A stretch of DNA of 64,000 nt from Octopus sinensis. Taxonomy: Eukaryota. A program made the position numbers and the translations under genes. Shown here piece after piece: positions 37,017 through 49,859 of this stretch. The notes beneath the pieces are model-generated. The model ran no database searches and was not told where the DNA came from. It worked only from the letters and a program-made list of their open reading frames with translations. Location of the stretch: the NCBI RefSeq assembly GCF_006345805.1, contig NC_042998.1:20088001-20152000 (forward strand). Direction: 5' to 3'. Each line of letters starts with the position of its first letter. The stretch's first letter is position 1.

Positions 37017-37098
37017 TTGCAAGAAATACTGTGGAAGAGGAAAGTGCAACATTTTGAACTGTGGATTCTTTAGGGGAAATTTGACAAGAAGGAAATAA
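37017..37098 (+). CDS. Terminal exon of the Cys-rich peptide: CKKYCGRGKCNILNCGFFRGNLTRRK*
   Basis: Acceptor ttccttgactttcaag. The phase matches the upstream exon (AT+T = Ile). Four Cys in 26 codons; stop at 37096-37098. Confidence 0.6.
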
Positions 37099-37302
37099 AA
37101 GAAAGACGGCTGAGTTTTGCACTCTCTGTATTTGAGAAACTGGCTGCAACTGATGAGGAACGCAAGACAACATCAGCTTTATACATAGACAAGAAGTAGT
37201 AGATATACTGTGAAACTGCTCCCCAGTTTCAAAGTATCCATACTATTGTTTGTGTATGAATGAAACTCATGCACAACACCAAGAGTTTCCTTGGATTCTG
37301 TC

Positions 37303-37455
37303 ATACATACATACATACATACATACATACATACATACATACATACATACATACATACATACATACATACGTACGTACGTACATACATACATACATACAT
37401 ACATACATACATACATACATACATACATACATACATACATACATACATACATACA

Positions 37456-37489
<34 letters not shown>

Positions 37490-37505
37490 CATACATACAT
37501 ACATG
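37303..37505. repeat. (ACAT)n microsatellite
   Basis: Direct inspection. Confidence 0.97.
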
Positions 37506-37570
37506 TATAAATTTGGTAGAGTCTTCAAGTAGGCACTCAGTTAATTGCTTGGATATCAGTTTTCAACCCA

Positions 37571-37968
37571 TAGGTGCAGGAGTGGCTGTATGGTAAGTAG
37601 CTTGCTTACTAACCACATGGTTCCGGGTTCAGTCCCACTGCATGGCACCTTGGGCAAGTGACTTCTACTATCGGCTCGGGCCAACCAAAGCCTTGTGAAT
37701 GGATTTGGCAGACGGAAACTGAAAGACGCCCATCGTATATGTGTATATGTTTATATATGTGTGTTTATGTTTGTCCCTCCAACATCGCTTGACAATTGAT
37801 GCTGGTGTGTTTACGTCCCCGTAACTTAGCGGTACAGCAAAAGAGACCGACTGAACAAGTACTAGGCTTACAAAGTATAAGTCCCGGGGTCGATTTGCTC
37901 GACTAAAGGCGGTGCTCCGGCATGGCCGCAGTCAAATGACTGAAACAATTACAAGAGTACAAGAGTAC
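37571..37968 (+). mobile_element. SINE family A
   Basis: Full head-to-tail match. Confidence 0.9.
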
Positions 37969-37979
37969 CTGAATTGACA

Positions 37980-38520
37980 CTGGCAATGGAACAGCCGTTG
38001 AAGTGTGGAGGTCGACGATTAAATAGGATATACCGTTTCAATAAACACAATATTCATCCAAGTGAGTGTTAAAATCTTGAATGATGATTTGCAGAGCTTG
38101 AAAGACGAACCATCTGATGGAAAATATTTTCGTGTTAATATTGTGTGATTTGAAAGATTTAAGAAACCCATTAATTTGAACAAAATTAGAAGATACGTGA
38201 AAACACTAATATTGACTGAGAGAGTGCAAATATTTATTTAAAGAAAATTATGGCTGAAGGCGCCCATACTCTAGATCAATGTTGATGGTACAAGGTTTTT
38301 TAAAAGTGCACGCCTATAGGGACTTTTATTTCATGTGAAGAACAATTAGCTCCAGGCTTGAAAGCTTCGAATATTGTATGATCCATCTTTCAAGAGGAAA
38401 TATTGTTAGTGATATGAAAATATATCCCGTAATTATATATCTCATCTAAAAATAATTGAAGTGCATTCAAGGGCTATATTCAATCAATCTTATATCTTAT
38501 CCCTTATTTGGAGTTAAAAT
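37980..38520 (+). mobile_element. Degenerate Tigger/pogo transposase
   Basis: *FERFKKP (GWFxRFKxR) near 38147-38170, and PIGTFISCEEQLAPGLKA (38314-38366), which resembles Tigger MPxRTYIxxEExxAPGFKA. Confidence 0.75.
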
Positions 38521-38685
38521 AAGAAGACTGCAATGAGAACGAATCTTCGACGAAACGAGCTTTTGCGCTACTTGGAAAAGAAGTCAAGAGCAAAAAACGC
38601 TTTTCTGAGCTTAATTTTGGTTTCCAATTTGGGCACAAGGCCAGAAGTGTCGAGGGAGAGTTATCTAGTGGTACTTATTTCATCG

Positions 38686-39101
38686 AGGCGGCGAGCTGGT
38701 AGAAACGTTAGCGAGCCGGGCGAAATGCTTTGCGGTATTTCGTCTGCCGTTACGTTGTGAGTTCATATTCCGCCGAGGTCGACTTTGCCTTTCATCCTTT
38801 CGGGGTCGATAAATAAAGTACCAGTTCCGCACTGGGGTCGATGTAATCGACTTAATACCTATGTCTGTCCTTGTTTGTCCCCTCTGTGTTTAGCCCCTTG
38901 TGGGTAATAAAGAAATAGGTATTTCGTCTGTCTTTACGTTCTGAGTTCAAATTCCGCCGAGGTCAACTTTGCCTTTCATCCTTTCGGGGTCGATAAATTA
39001 AGTACCAGTTACTTACTGGAGTCGATGTAATCGACTTAATACCTATGTCTATCCTTGTTTGTCCCCTCTGTGTTTAGCCCCTTGTGGGTAATAAAGAAAT
39101 A
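38686..39101 (+). mobile_element. SINE family B dimer nested in an older antisense SINE B
   Basis: A 16-bp TSD GGTACTTATTTCATCG lies at 38670-38685 and 39102-39117. Confidence 0.9.
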
Positions 39102-40679
39102 GGTACTTATTTCATCGACCATGAAAGGATGAAAAGCAAAGTCGAACTCGGCGGAATTTGAACACAGGACTTAGAGACGAACGAAATTCCCATCTAAGCA
39201 TTTTGCCCAGAGTGGTAACAACTGTACCAGCTCCCTGCCTTGCTCCTGAGCATAGTATTTCCAACAAAGCATTGTTCCGTTTAAAGAATGCCCAAGGTAC
39301 CAGAACTAAATTTAAAGGTTTTAATGTATAAGAAGCAAATATACCTCGTCAAGATCATAACATCTCCAATAAATGGATTAGATCTAACTTCCTAGACATA
39401 TGTGAAGAATTGTGAAACAACGCATGAAAGCAAATGATTAGATATATCGAAAGTCAAAACCTTCATAAAACCTTCCTCAGTAAAGATGTGTTTGTCAAAT
39501 TAAATGATCAGATTGTAATCAGGCCTTTACAGGTTCTCAACCAGCAACAAATCTACATCAAGTCCAGCAAGGTATTATAAAATTGATAAATGATGTAGGC
39601 TCAGAAGAAGTCATAGTAAGATTATATGGTTGACTGGCTTGTGTGCTATAAAGAAGGGTTTCTCTAATGAGGACCTGATGTAAAAAAAAGACAACGAGCT
39701 GCAGGGCCAGAAGTAGTTATATAAGCTTCACCAACTGCTCATGAATTGACTACGGCAACAAAATACAGTTATCGAGGAGGATTAACAAGACTTGGCTAAT
39801 ATCGATCCTAATTGCAAACGTAAAAAAAATTGCAAAATATATTCGCCATGAGTTCAGTTCATTGAGCTCCACTGCATTGAACAGCAGATGCTGATGATGA
39901 TGATCTACAAGGACAGAGGTTAGTGCACTCACCGCATCAATGCCATCTATCACACGACTGTCAACGTTATTTATGATGAGTCTTACCATGTAATAATATA
40001 ACTGTTATGTTGCATATATGCATATTATACTGTTTGTGTGTCTGTATATACATATAGATACATACACAGTCCAAATGTGTGTATGTACGTATATATGTAG
40101 TATATATATGTAATATATGTATGTATGGATGGATTTTTATGTGTGTGCGTATTCGGGCATACATATATATAAATATGCATAAACTCCATCAAAATGTATG
40201 GAAGCCTTCGTTACAAAAATATTATGACATATATCTATGTGTTATAGTGTTATATGTCTGTGTGCGTCTTGGTATGCATGAATGTTGTGTAGTGCACACA
40301 TGTGTGAATACACGGATGTCTATGAGTGTATATGTGTATACGTGTATATGTGTACGGAACATCGCTGATGGTGGCTACCAAAATTTCGCCGACAGCGACT
40401 TATTCCAAACTGACAGTTCGATTAGTAACCGCCGGCAAAATTTTGTTATCATTGTCAAAGTTACAATAAATATTAGTCTGCGCCCTTTACATAATCAATG
40501 TTTGCCCTTTGTTTGTATGTATTTAATATCTATCTGCAAATTTGTATATGTACACAGACATATACATACATACATACATACATACATACATACATACATA
40601 CATACACTTCACACACATACAAACACTTCACACACTCATGCAAACACAAACACATACATACAGACTTACTTACATAAGG

Positions 40680-41165
40680 CTTGGTCAAAATGGACGCTTT
40701 AAATAATGCAAGTTAATAGAAGCTTTATTATTTAACTTTTAGTTGTCTCACCTTTGGCATCTATCACAGCTGTAATGCATCGAAGTGTCTAGTACACGTT
40801 CAGTACGGCTGTTATAGAAATTTTGAGCCCGTAAAACTTGCTTTAATATTTCTGTTAAAATGGAGGCGGGAAGCGGTTTCTATTTGCTGCTTCCAAAATA
40901 CTCAATGAATATTCGATTATGCTGAAGTTCGGTGGCTGTGAGGTCGAATCCCAATGGTCTACTTCACTTCTGTGCTCTTTGCACAAATTTTTATTTTATT
41001 ATTGGTGTGACTCGGTGCATTATCATTTTAGAAAATTGCGCTGCCATCAGAGAACAGTATTTGAGCAAAAGGATGGACATGATAGATCAAAATCTCCAGA
41101 TAACCCTTGGCGTTAACTCTATTATGTTGAACAATAAAAGTATCAAGAGAATTCCACTCTAGGCA
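40680..41165 (-). mobile_element. Degenerate Tc1-family transposase
   Basis: Minus translation RVNAKGYLEILIYHVHPFAQILFSDGSAIF*NDNAPSHT...PQPPNFSIIE matches the DDNAPxH and SPDLNxIE motifs. Confidence 0.8.
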
Positions 41166-41365
41166 CAAGGCCCGAATTGGGGAGGGGACCAGTCGATTAG
41201 ATCGAATACGCGACCCGGTACGCATCTGGTACTTAATTTATCGACCCCTGAAAAGATGAAAGGCAAAGTAGACCTCGGCGGAATTTGAACTCAGAGCATA
41301 AAGACAGACGAAATATCGCCAAGCATTTCGCCCGGCGTGCTAACGTCTCTGCCAGCTCGCTGCCT
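41160..41365 (-). mobile_element. SINE family B
   Basis: Family consensus match. Confidence 0.85.
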
Positions 41366-41469
41366 TTCCAACACCGTAATCACTCATCCACCGACTTTCA
41401 TAGTTTGCATGCATGCGTGCGTGTAATTATATATGTGCATGTCTACAGACGGAGTTCTTATACGTTATG

Positions 41470-41501
<32 letters not shown>

Positions 41502-41517
41502 CATGCATGCATGAATG

Positions 41518-41551
<34 letters not shown>

Positions 41552-41629
41552 TGTATGTATGTATGTATGTATGTGTTTTTATATTTTAAATTGACTAGAA
41601 ATGTTATTCATTTAATACGAATAAACGCC

Positions 41630-42344
41630 GGTATCGCGTAACAGGCACCCGTGCCAGTGACACGTAAAAGTACCTATTACATTCTTGGAGTGGTCGGCTT
41701 TAGGAAGGGCATCCAGCCGTAGAAACCATGTCAAATCTGACTTGAACTTAGTGCAGCACTCCAGCTTACCACCAGTTTCAGTCAAACCGTCTGACCCAGT
41801 GGTTTCCAACATGTGGTCCCCGGACCCCAGGTCGTCTGGAAAAGTAGTACTGGGGTGTCTGTGAACTAAATTGAACATTTCATATATGTGTGTGTGTGTT
41901 TCTATGTAGTATCTTCTATGCTGGAGTGAAGGCAGCATGTTCTTTGTCTATCTCCTTAACTTCTTGGAGATTTTAGGTTTAATTATTCTAATGTGTCCAT
42001 ATGTTTAATTTAATTAAATTCTATGTCTTTGTGCAACTGAGGATTGCTCTGCAATTTAAATTTATGTAATGATTGCATTGTTAAATTACGTTGAGTCGCA
42101 TTTTATACGATCATACTGCATTACCTCTGGATATCCTTGTTGCTTATTTTGATTATATATATATATATCGTTTTTGGATTTGGTTTGCAAGATTCTTTAT
42201 ATGAGTTCGTGTGTTGAAGCATATTCTGTTGTGTCTGGGGAGAGTCATTTTCTTTTTGTGCTTTATAATTTAACATACTCACAAAAGGCACAAAAAGCAA
42301 AAAAAAAAAATAACTCTCCCCAGACACAAGAGTATATATATTAT

Positions 42345-42401
<57 letters not shown>

Positions 42402-42815
42402 TATATATAGTATATATGAAAAAACAAGTCAAGATAGAAAGTGCAAAATAATTTTATATAAAAACATTTCAATACCGGTTTCAGTTATTGAGACCTTTTC
42501 AACTGTAACGATTAAATAATTAAATTTAGAAAAATTAAAAGAAAAAATTTTTTAAAAGAATATTTGTATAGTGTTCAAACATAAGTGAAATTTTCCTTGT
42601 TTCTGCCTTTCTCTGTCTCTCTTGTTTACACTTGTGGGTTCGAGGTCGTTGTGAATTCTTGGTAAGGATAAGCATATTAAAAGGGGTCCGTGGGTAAACT
42701 CATTTAAATAAAAAGAATCCTTGGTGGTGAAAAGGTTGGAAACCACTGGTTTAACCCATACCAGAAGAACCCAAAGGATGGAAAGCAGAAGCTACATGAT
42801 GATCATGATCATGAG
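41630..42815 (+). mobile_element. RTE-tail SINE fragment (TTAGGAAGGGCATCCAGCCGTAGAAAC...(ATG)n) interrupted by a hAT element
   Basis: The sequence resumes after 42748 with AACCCATACCAG...GATGATCATGAT. Confidence 0.65.
41797..42748. mobile_element. hAT (Charlie-like) non-autonomous element carrying nested Penelope fragments
   Basis: Perfect 14-bp TIR CAGTGGTTTCCAAC/GTTGGAAACCACTG and a degenerate 8-bp TSD GTCTGACC/GTTTAACC. Confidence 0.8.
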
Positions 42816-43334
42816 TTGAATCGTAATTAAGAACACAACGCATAAACATCTCTGATAACTCTTTGTCAAAGCCGAGATGCTCATTAACCGTATTTCTCCA
42901 ACTATACTAATTGTATGCTCTCCGCCATCTTTGTTGCCTCATACCTTTCTGACAAATTGGTATTTTTAATAAAATTTTCCAAAAAATGTATTTCATATGC
43001 TGCTGCTTACGATAATGTCGGAATAAGGTGTGAAAAAAAGTATTGTGAGGTGGAAACGTAAAATTCATTCGTCTCGTCAGCATTTGCGAGGAAACAAAGT
43101 CGAGGTGTGTGAATTATCTTTTCCGCCCCCGCACAATATATTTATATTATTTTTCACACGAAATTCCGATATAAGCGTAATCTACGCCATCTGCAAGCGT
43201 ATGTATACAAAATTTTATTAAAACAACTCGAGATATATAGATCAGTTCTCTGAAAATTTTTTTTTTTTTTTCAATAAATTCCGATATAATTTAATCTACT
43301 CAAATATAAAATGTATCTCTGGAAAGTTTTTCTT

Positions 43335-43735
43335 TTACTTGTTTCAGTCAGTAGACTGCGGCCATGCTTGGGCACCGCCTTGAATAATTTTTGATAGAAT
43401 GAATCGGCCCCAGTACTTGTTTTATTAAACCTGATATTTGTTCTATCGGTGTCTTTTGCCGAACAGCTAAGTTAGGGGGAGCAAACTCAGTTAACAAGCA
43501 GTGTCGGTAGACAGACACATGCACGCACACGCACACATACATGCACACACGCACGCACACACACCACAACACACACCAACGGGTTTCTTTTCAGTTTCCG
43601 TCTACCAAATCCACTGACGTTGCTTTGGTTGGCCCGAGTCTATAGCAGAAGACACTTGTCCAAGGTGCCACACAGTGGAACTGAACCCGGAACCATGTAG
43701 TTTGGAAGCAAGCTTCTTACCACACAGCCACGCCT
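43335..43735 (-). mobile_element. SINE family A
   Basis: Family consensus match. Confidence 0.85.
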
Positions 43736-44044
43736 CATTTTAAAATATATATTTTTCCAAAAGTTATGAGGAAATAAATTCAGGCCAAGGGGCAAAATTG
43801 TGTAGCTATACCACTCCACCATTATTGCTACAGATTCCTACTATATCTATAAATGTTTTTATGGATCGAACCAATGAGAGAGCGTCGGTTACCTTCTGTG
43901 TTACCTTATGCGTTTGAAATGAAAGGACGTATCAGGTCAAAAAAATGGAGTCTGGAGTGCCCCATACCTTAATAAGAAAACGGGACGGCCTCAATTAGAA
44001 TGACTTAAAACACCATTTCAGTGAACCAGTGATTGAACCGTTGT

Positions 44045-44313
44045 GTCTGGGGAGAGTCATTTTCTTTTTGTGCCTCATAATGTAACACACTGACCGGTAA
44101 AATTTCCACTTATTTCTCATTTTTATTTTCCTAAAATTTTCGTTGCGTCTTGCAACCTTTTCAATAGTCTTGCCTCAGTCCGAAAGAGTTAAGACTATTG
44201 AAAAAGTTGCAAGACGCAACGAAAATTTTAGGAAAATAAAAATAAGAAATAAGTGGAAATTTCACCGGTGTGTTAAATTATAAGTTACAACAAGAAAATG
44301 ACTCTCCCCAGAC
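44045..44313. repeat. Foldback (arms about 125 bp) of Penelope pLTR type with degenerate hammerhead motifs
   Basis: Inverted arms. TTGAAAA-A-GTTGC(AAGAC)GCAAC-GAAA at 44198-44224 has a mirror copy. The flank is homologous to 42179-42328. Confidence 0.88.
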
Positions 44314-44768
44314 AGAGCAGAATATGCTTCAACACACGAACTCATATAAAGAATCTTGCAAACCAAATCTCAAAACGAAATAGTGATTGAACTGCTTTCA
44401 GCTTACATTCAAAGAAGCTTTTGTTCATATATATATGATAAACAAGCACAAAATAAATTGCTCTTCTCAGCCAATAATATGTTTCATTAAAAAAGTACGA
44501 AACGCTTTTGTTCTTGTTGCTAGCTCTGATTATCCCAATGAATGATCGAATGTGATCTTGTCAGCACTAATTGTTGTGCGTTCGACACGGTGCTAATTTG
44601 TGGAAACGTTCATCTTCGTCCACACACATCATAAAATATCGTCTAACAGAATCTTTTTGAGCGTTGAATTAAATGTGTGTGGTATTTATTTATATTCTCT
44701 CTTTACGTTCTGAGTTCAAATCCTGCCGAGGTCAACTCTGCCTTTTATCCTTCAAGAGTCAAGAAAAT

Positions 44769-45153
44769 GGAAGCACTCCGCCGGTTACGACGACGAGCGT
44801 TCCGGTTGATCCGATCAACGGAACAGCCTGCTCGTGAAATTAACGTGTAAGTGGCTGAGCACTCCACAGACACGTGTACCCTTAACGTAGTTCTCGGGGA
44901 TATTCAGCGTGTCACAAGAGAGTGACAAGGCCGGCCCTTTGAAATACAGGTACAACAGAAACAGGAAGTAAGAGTGAGAGAAAGTTGTGGTGAAAGAGTA
45001 CAGCAGGGATCACCACCATCCCTGCCGGAGCCTCGTGGAGCTTTAGGTGTTTTCGCTCAATAAACACTCACAACGCCCGGTCTGGGAATCGAAACCGCGA
45101 TCCTACGACCGCGAGTCCGCTGCCCTAACCACTGGGCCATTGCACCTCCACAA
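44769..45153 (-). mobile_element. SINE family C (tail type i)
   Basis: Near-identical to 17792-18184, with TSD TCAAGAAAAT (44759-44768, 45154-45163). Confidence 0.92.
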
Positions 45154-45187
45154 TCAAGAAAATAAAATACCAGTGAGGGAATAGAAT

Positions 45188-45335
45188 CTTACTATAATGG
45201 GCGTTATATCCGTCTGTCCGTTTCTTTGTCTGTTCCCTTTTCACGGCCAGATGGCTGGACCAATGGTTACGATATTTTCGGATTACAAAGACGGTCGTCA
45301 GGAAGGTTTTTAGCATTAACAAATCAAAGTATAAT
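45188..45335 (+). mobile_element. Possible non-autonomous Helitron/Helentron-like terminus
   Basis: GTCTGTCCG...CACGGCCAGATGGCTGGACCAAT resembles DINE-1/HINE-type 5' regions. Confidence 0.35.
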
Positions 45336-45608
45336 TATTAATTCGCAGATATCGATTTTTGAATTGGTAAACCATCTTCGCAGTTTTATTAAAAATTCAC
45401 CGACCACGAGTAACTCTGGATTTTCGTCGTATAGTTCATGGACCCATCGTACATACGAAGGGGATCGCAAGAAATAGCGAAAGTAAAATAGAAAAAGTGT
45501 GTATCGGTATATAGTGTGTGCGTGTGATTATTTCGTGGTTATTGAAGTGTGTCAGTCTCGAGCAGGATTCAAAACAGTTAATCGAAACAGCTGTTGCTTA
45601 CATCTCAG

Positions 45609-45674
45609 TTTTGTCAATCAAAATGACCCATGGTACCAGAACATCCAGACAGTATTGGCATAGAACGGTGAGAG
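45609..45674 (+). CDS. Candidate 66-nt symmetric exon xLSIKMTHGTRTSRQYWHRTVR (or partly UTR)
   Basis: Acceptor tgcttacatctcag and perfect donor GAG|gtaagt. One frame is open. Confidence 0.3.
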
Positions 45675-46470
45675 GTAAGTCTTAGTTTGATTTTTTGCAA
45701 CCGCGCATTCACAGCAAACAAGGCACATGACCAGATTTTAGATTCTGTAGATGTATTTTAAACACGGTCATTTATTAGTCGCTATGAGTAGAGCAACGGC
45801 CTCCAGTAATTTGAAAATTAGTGTCGACCAAACAGAAAATATCATCTACAAAGACGTTTTGTAAACATATTTATATCATCGAAAGAAATGATTCAGAATT
45901 TCAATAAGGAAATTTTTTGTGAACTTTGAATGTATAAGAGTATAAACAAGCGTAAAATAGTGTAAACAACTAAAATAAATAACATTTTTTCTTAATACTT
46001 TTTACGTAGTAGTCGAAGGAATCTCTGCCTTTAATTGGGAGTGCTCCACATTACCATTCATGATACAGAGACTAGGAGCCTATTTTGTTCGGGTTTGAAT
46101 CGTCATCACATGTCACTTAGTCGCAAAAACGTCATACAGCTGCAATAGAATGCTGTATCACGAACAATATTGTGATTTCTCTAAAACATCACCCAGTAAT
46201 CTATCAAAGCTGTTTAAACATTTCTCAATACATACTACTGTTATGTCTTCCCTCCCTCATTTTATGCCGCCGACGTAGATGGGTAGACTTGCTAGTCTAT
46301 ATAATCGACTATACAGACACATATACACACAAGATAGACACAAACGCACTCGCGCACACACACACACCCACAGATACACATATGCACACAATACACACAC
46401 AAACACACAGGCACGCACACACACACACATACACATATACATACACATGCGCACACACAAACACTAATAC

Positions 46471-46888
46471 CTATTTCTTTATTACCCACAAGGGTCTAAA
46501 CACAGAGAGGACAAACAAGGACAGACATAGGTATTAAGTCGATTACATCCACCTCAGTGCGTAACTGGTACTTAATTTATCGACCCCGAATGGATGAAAG
46601 GCAAAGTCGACCTCGGCGGAATTTGAACTCACAACGTAACGGCAGACGAAATACCTATTTCTTTACTACCCACAAGGGGCTAAACACAGAGGGGACAAAC
46701 AAGGACAGACAAACGGATTGAGTCGATTATATTGACCCCAGTGTGTAACTGGTACTTATTTAATCGACCCCGAAAGGATGAAAGGCTAAGTCGACCTCGG
46801 TGGAATTTGAACTCAGAACGTAGCGGCAGACGAAATACCGCTACGCATTTCGCCCGGCGTGCTAACGTTTCTGCCAGCTCGCCGCCTT
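46471..46888 (-). mobile_element. SINE family B dimer
   Basis: A 17-bp TSD CACACAAACACTAATAC lies at 46454-46470 and 46889-46905. Confidence 0.92.
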
Positions 46889-47789
46889 CACACAAACACT
46901 AATACGGCATACGCTTTCACACACACAAACGACACACACTCACACACACACATGCACACGCAAACACACACAAACACACACGTATATACACATACAAATA
47001 TGTGGCTCTGTGTCTATGTCAGAAAATATACAGTGAATTTACTTAATCATTAGTAGGTTGAGCAAGGGTCTTAAGCAATTACTTAGAGCCCTTTATTTAC
47101 GAGGGTCAAATACCACGGAAGTCATCTAGGTTTTCATATCTGTAGAGCCAAAATAGAATCTTCTCGCTTCGATATAATCAGCTGATCCACCCCCGCCTAA
47201 ATACTTGTTCATGTTTCTTCGGAAGAAATCGATATTTCTACGAAGCAAGGCGGAAGCTGGCAGAAACGTTAGCACGCCGTGCAAAATGCTTAGCGGGATT
47301 TCGTCTGTCTTTTCGTTCTGAGTTCAAATTTCGCCGAGGTCGACTTTGCCCTTCATCTTTTTGGGGAACGGTTAAATAAGTACCAGTTACGCATTGGGCT
47401 GTCAAGCGTTGATGGCACGCACGCACATGCACACACACATGTGTGTGTGTGGATTTGGTAGACGGGCTTCTTTCACTCTCCGTCTACTTGATCCATTCAG
47501 ACGGGCTATTGTAGAAAGCATTTACCCAAGGTTCCATGCCACGAAATTGAACCCGAAACGATGTGACTGGAGAACAATCTTCTTACTATACAGCGACGCC
47601 TACTCCTATACATTGTGTGTGTGTGTGTGCGCGTGTGTATCTTCATGTCCGTGTTTGTTCTTTACCACCGCTTAATAACGGCTGATGTGTATTTAAGTTC
47701 CCGTAACTCAGCGATTAGGCAAAACAGCCCGATCGAATAAATACCAAACATACAAAAAAAAATCAAAAGAAAATCTGGTGTCGATTTGT

Positions 47790-48022
47790 ACCTATTTCTT
47801 TACTACCCACAAGGGGCTAAACACAGAGGGGAAAAACAAAGACAGACACATGGATTAAGTCGATTATATCGACCCCAGTGCGTAACTGGTACTTACTTAA
47901 TCGACCCGGAAAGGATGAAAGGCAAAGTCGACCTCGGCGGAATTTGAACTCAGAACGTAGTGGCAGACGAAATACCACTAAGAATTTCACCTGGCGTGCT
48001 AACGATTCTGCCAGCTCGTCGC
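47790..48022 (-). mobile_element. SINE family B monomer
   Basis: Family consensus match with a duplicated GTGTCGATTTGTACC flank. Confidence 0.88.
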
Positions 48023-48523
48023 CTAGGTTTTCATATCTGTGTCGATTTGTACCATTGCACCCTTCAAGACGGTGCCCCAGCATGGCCACAGTCTAATGAC
48101 TGAAACCAGTAAAGAAGCTAAAATGATCGAAATATACAGACACTTGCTGCAAGTGTGTTTATATCCACAGAGCCATATCTACGCCTGAAGAAAAAATTCC
48201 CAAAAATATGTTAAACTACTTTTTTTTACATTACTCTGGAATCAATAAAATATATACCAGTTATTTACTGGGGATTTGCTAGATTTAATCGACTGTTCGC
48301 TTTCCTCAAAAAGTCACTAACCCGTTACTAATGTAAAAAAAATATTATTATGATTGCATCAGTCGTGCAGCAGAGCTCAGGGGTTGCTTTTTTTAATCAT
48401 TTTTTCTTTTGCTTTTCAAGTGGACTACATTTCTGAAAATAGCATCCATTAATTATCTCATTTAAGTTGTAATTAGCCATTATACAGATAAAGTAGTCAT
48501 TTTTTTTTTTTACTATTTTTCAG

Positions 48524-48637
48524 GTTTTCGTTTTATCGTTTGCCAGTGTTTTGTTAATGCTGTCAAGAATGAATGAAAGATGACAGTTTTTCTCATGCGA
48601 GAATATGGATAAAAATTACAACAGGAGGTCATATGAG
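48524..48637 (+). other. Candidate exon with stops in all frames at its 5' end (UTR or first coding exon)
   Basis: Very strong acceptor (T)n-actatttttcag and donor GAG|gtaata. Internal ATGs are open to the donor. Confidence 0.3.
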
Positions 48638-49325
48638 GTAATATTTGCGCTTGGGTTTGTGTGTTTGTTGTTTGGTTTGTATATGTTTTACTGTTTTTCG
48701 GTATCTATTTATTTTTCTTCCATCATAAATGGCAAAAAAAATAATTAATTATAATTTATATATTAAAAGCGCCCAGAAGTAAAAAAAAAAAAAAAACGCT
48801 AGCGATGCCAAGGGAAATAACTTTCACTGTACTCAGTACGAGTTACTTTTTTCTTACAACCTTAAAGGCACAATTGCTGTATTTTTATAGTATTTTTCTC
48901 TCGAATATTTTTATCTCGAGTGCCTCCTTCCCGTGATACATTATTAACTCTTTCATCGGCTTGCAAACAGTGTATTGAATACATCAAGGATTATGCCAGC
49001 TCTATCGGGATCATCAAATTATTCATGGCCTTTAGAGAGTAAAGAATGGAGAAGCTGGTACACCATATATTCGCTAACATCTTTTACACCGACACATGAG
49101 AGCTAATGAGTTAAACTGGGAACGATTATGTATTCTGCTCGACCTTTTAGAAATAACAGCCCGAAACTCCTCAAACGCTTTTAAATGGGATAATTAATCA
49201 TTCAGTGTAGTACACTATTTCTAATAGCGGAGGGTGGGGAAATACAAACGCAAAGATAGGGTCTTTATACTTAGAATTACTGTCTTTGATAAGCTAAATT
49301 TTGGCTAATCAGCATAAACAACATT

Positions 49326-49740
49326 AGTGGAGGCGCAATGGCCCAGTGGTTAGGGCAGCGGACTCGCGGTCGTAAGAACGCGGTTTCGATTCCCAAACTG
49401 GGCATTGTGAGTGTTTATTGAGCAAAAATACATAAGCTCCACGAGCCTCCGGTGGTGGTGGTGGTGGTGGCGGGGGTGAAACCCGCTGTACTCTTTCACC
49501 ATATCTTTCTCTCACTCTTTCTTCCTACTTCTGCCACAAAGCAGAGGAACCATGGTGTGGTAAACTTTCAGAACCTAGTCTAGATTGCGAATCCTCTGTA
49601 CCCCAGGATGGTTCAGATCTCCACCCGTTAAAAAAGCCACCGTTAATGGAATGATGATAACAACGTAGCTTTCGCGCCCGTCCAACCGCCAGTCTATCGC
49701 GTGTGGTGGGTTGATCTTCAAGTTGCCACACGCATTCTTA
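49326..49740 (+). mobile_element. SINE family C head with a third (type iii) downstream sequence
   Basis: The family C head runs to about 49525, followed by an unrelated GC-richer tail. Confidence 0.7.
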
Positions 49741-49859
49741 GTAGCTTAGAGTAGGCTTGAATTAGAGATTATTCTTTGTGGCTAACGGCGTGAGTCCTGA
49801 TTGGAAGAACTAAACAACATCACTCAAGCAATCGTTTAAGCCTTTAAGCAATCTTTCTA

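Noticed and set aside
39280-39720. Possible decayed LINE RT segment
   Set aside because: The similarity is too faint to call by eye.
39750-39989. 79-aa minus-strand ORF MVRLIINNVDSRVIDG...
   Set aside because: No recognisable domain, and the internal gtgagt...tag segment is only 28 nt, too short for an intron.
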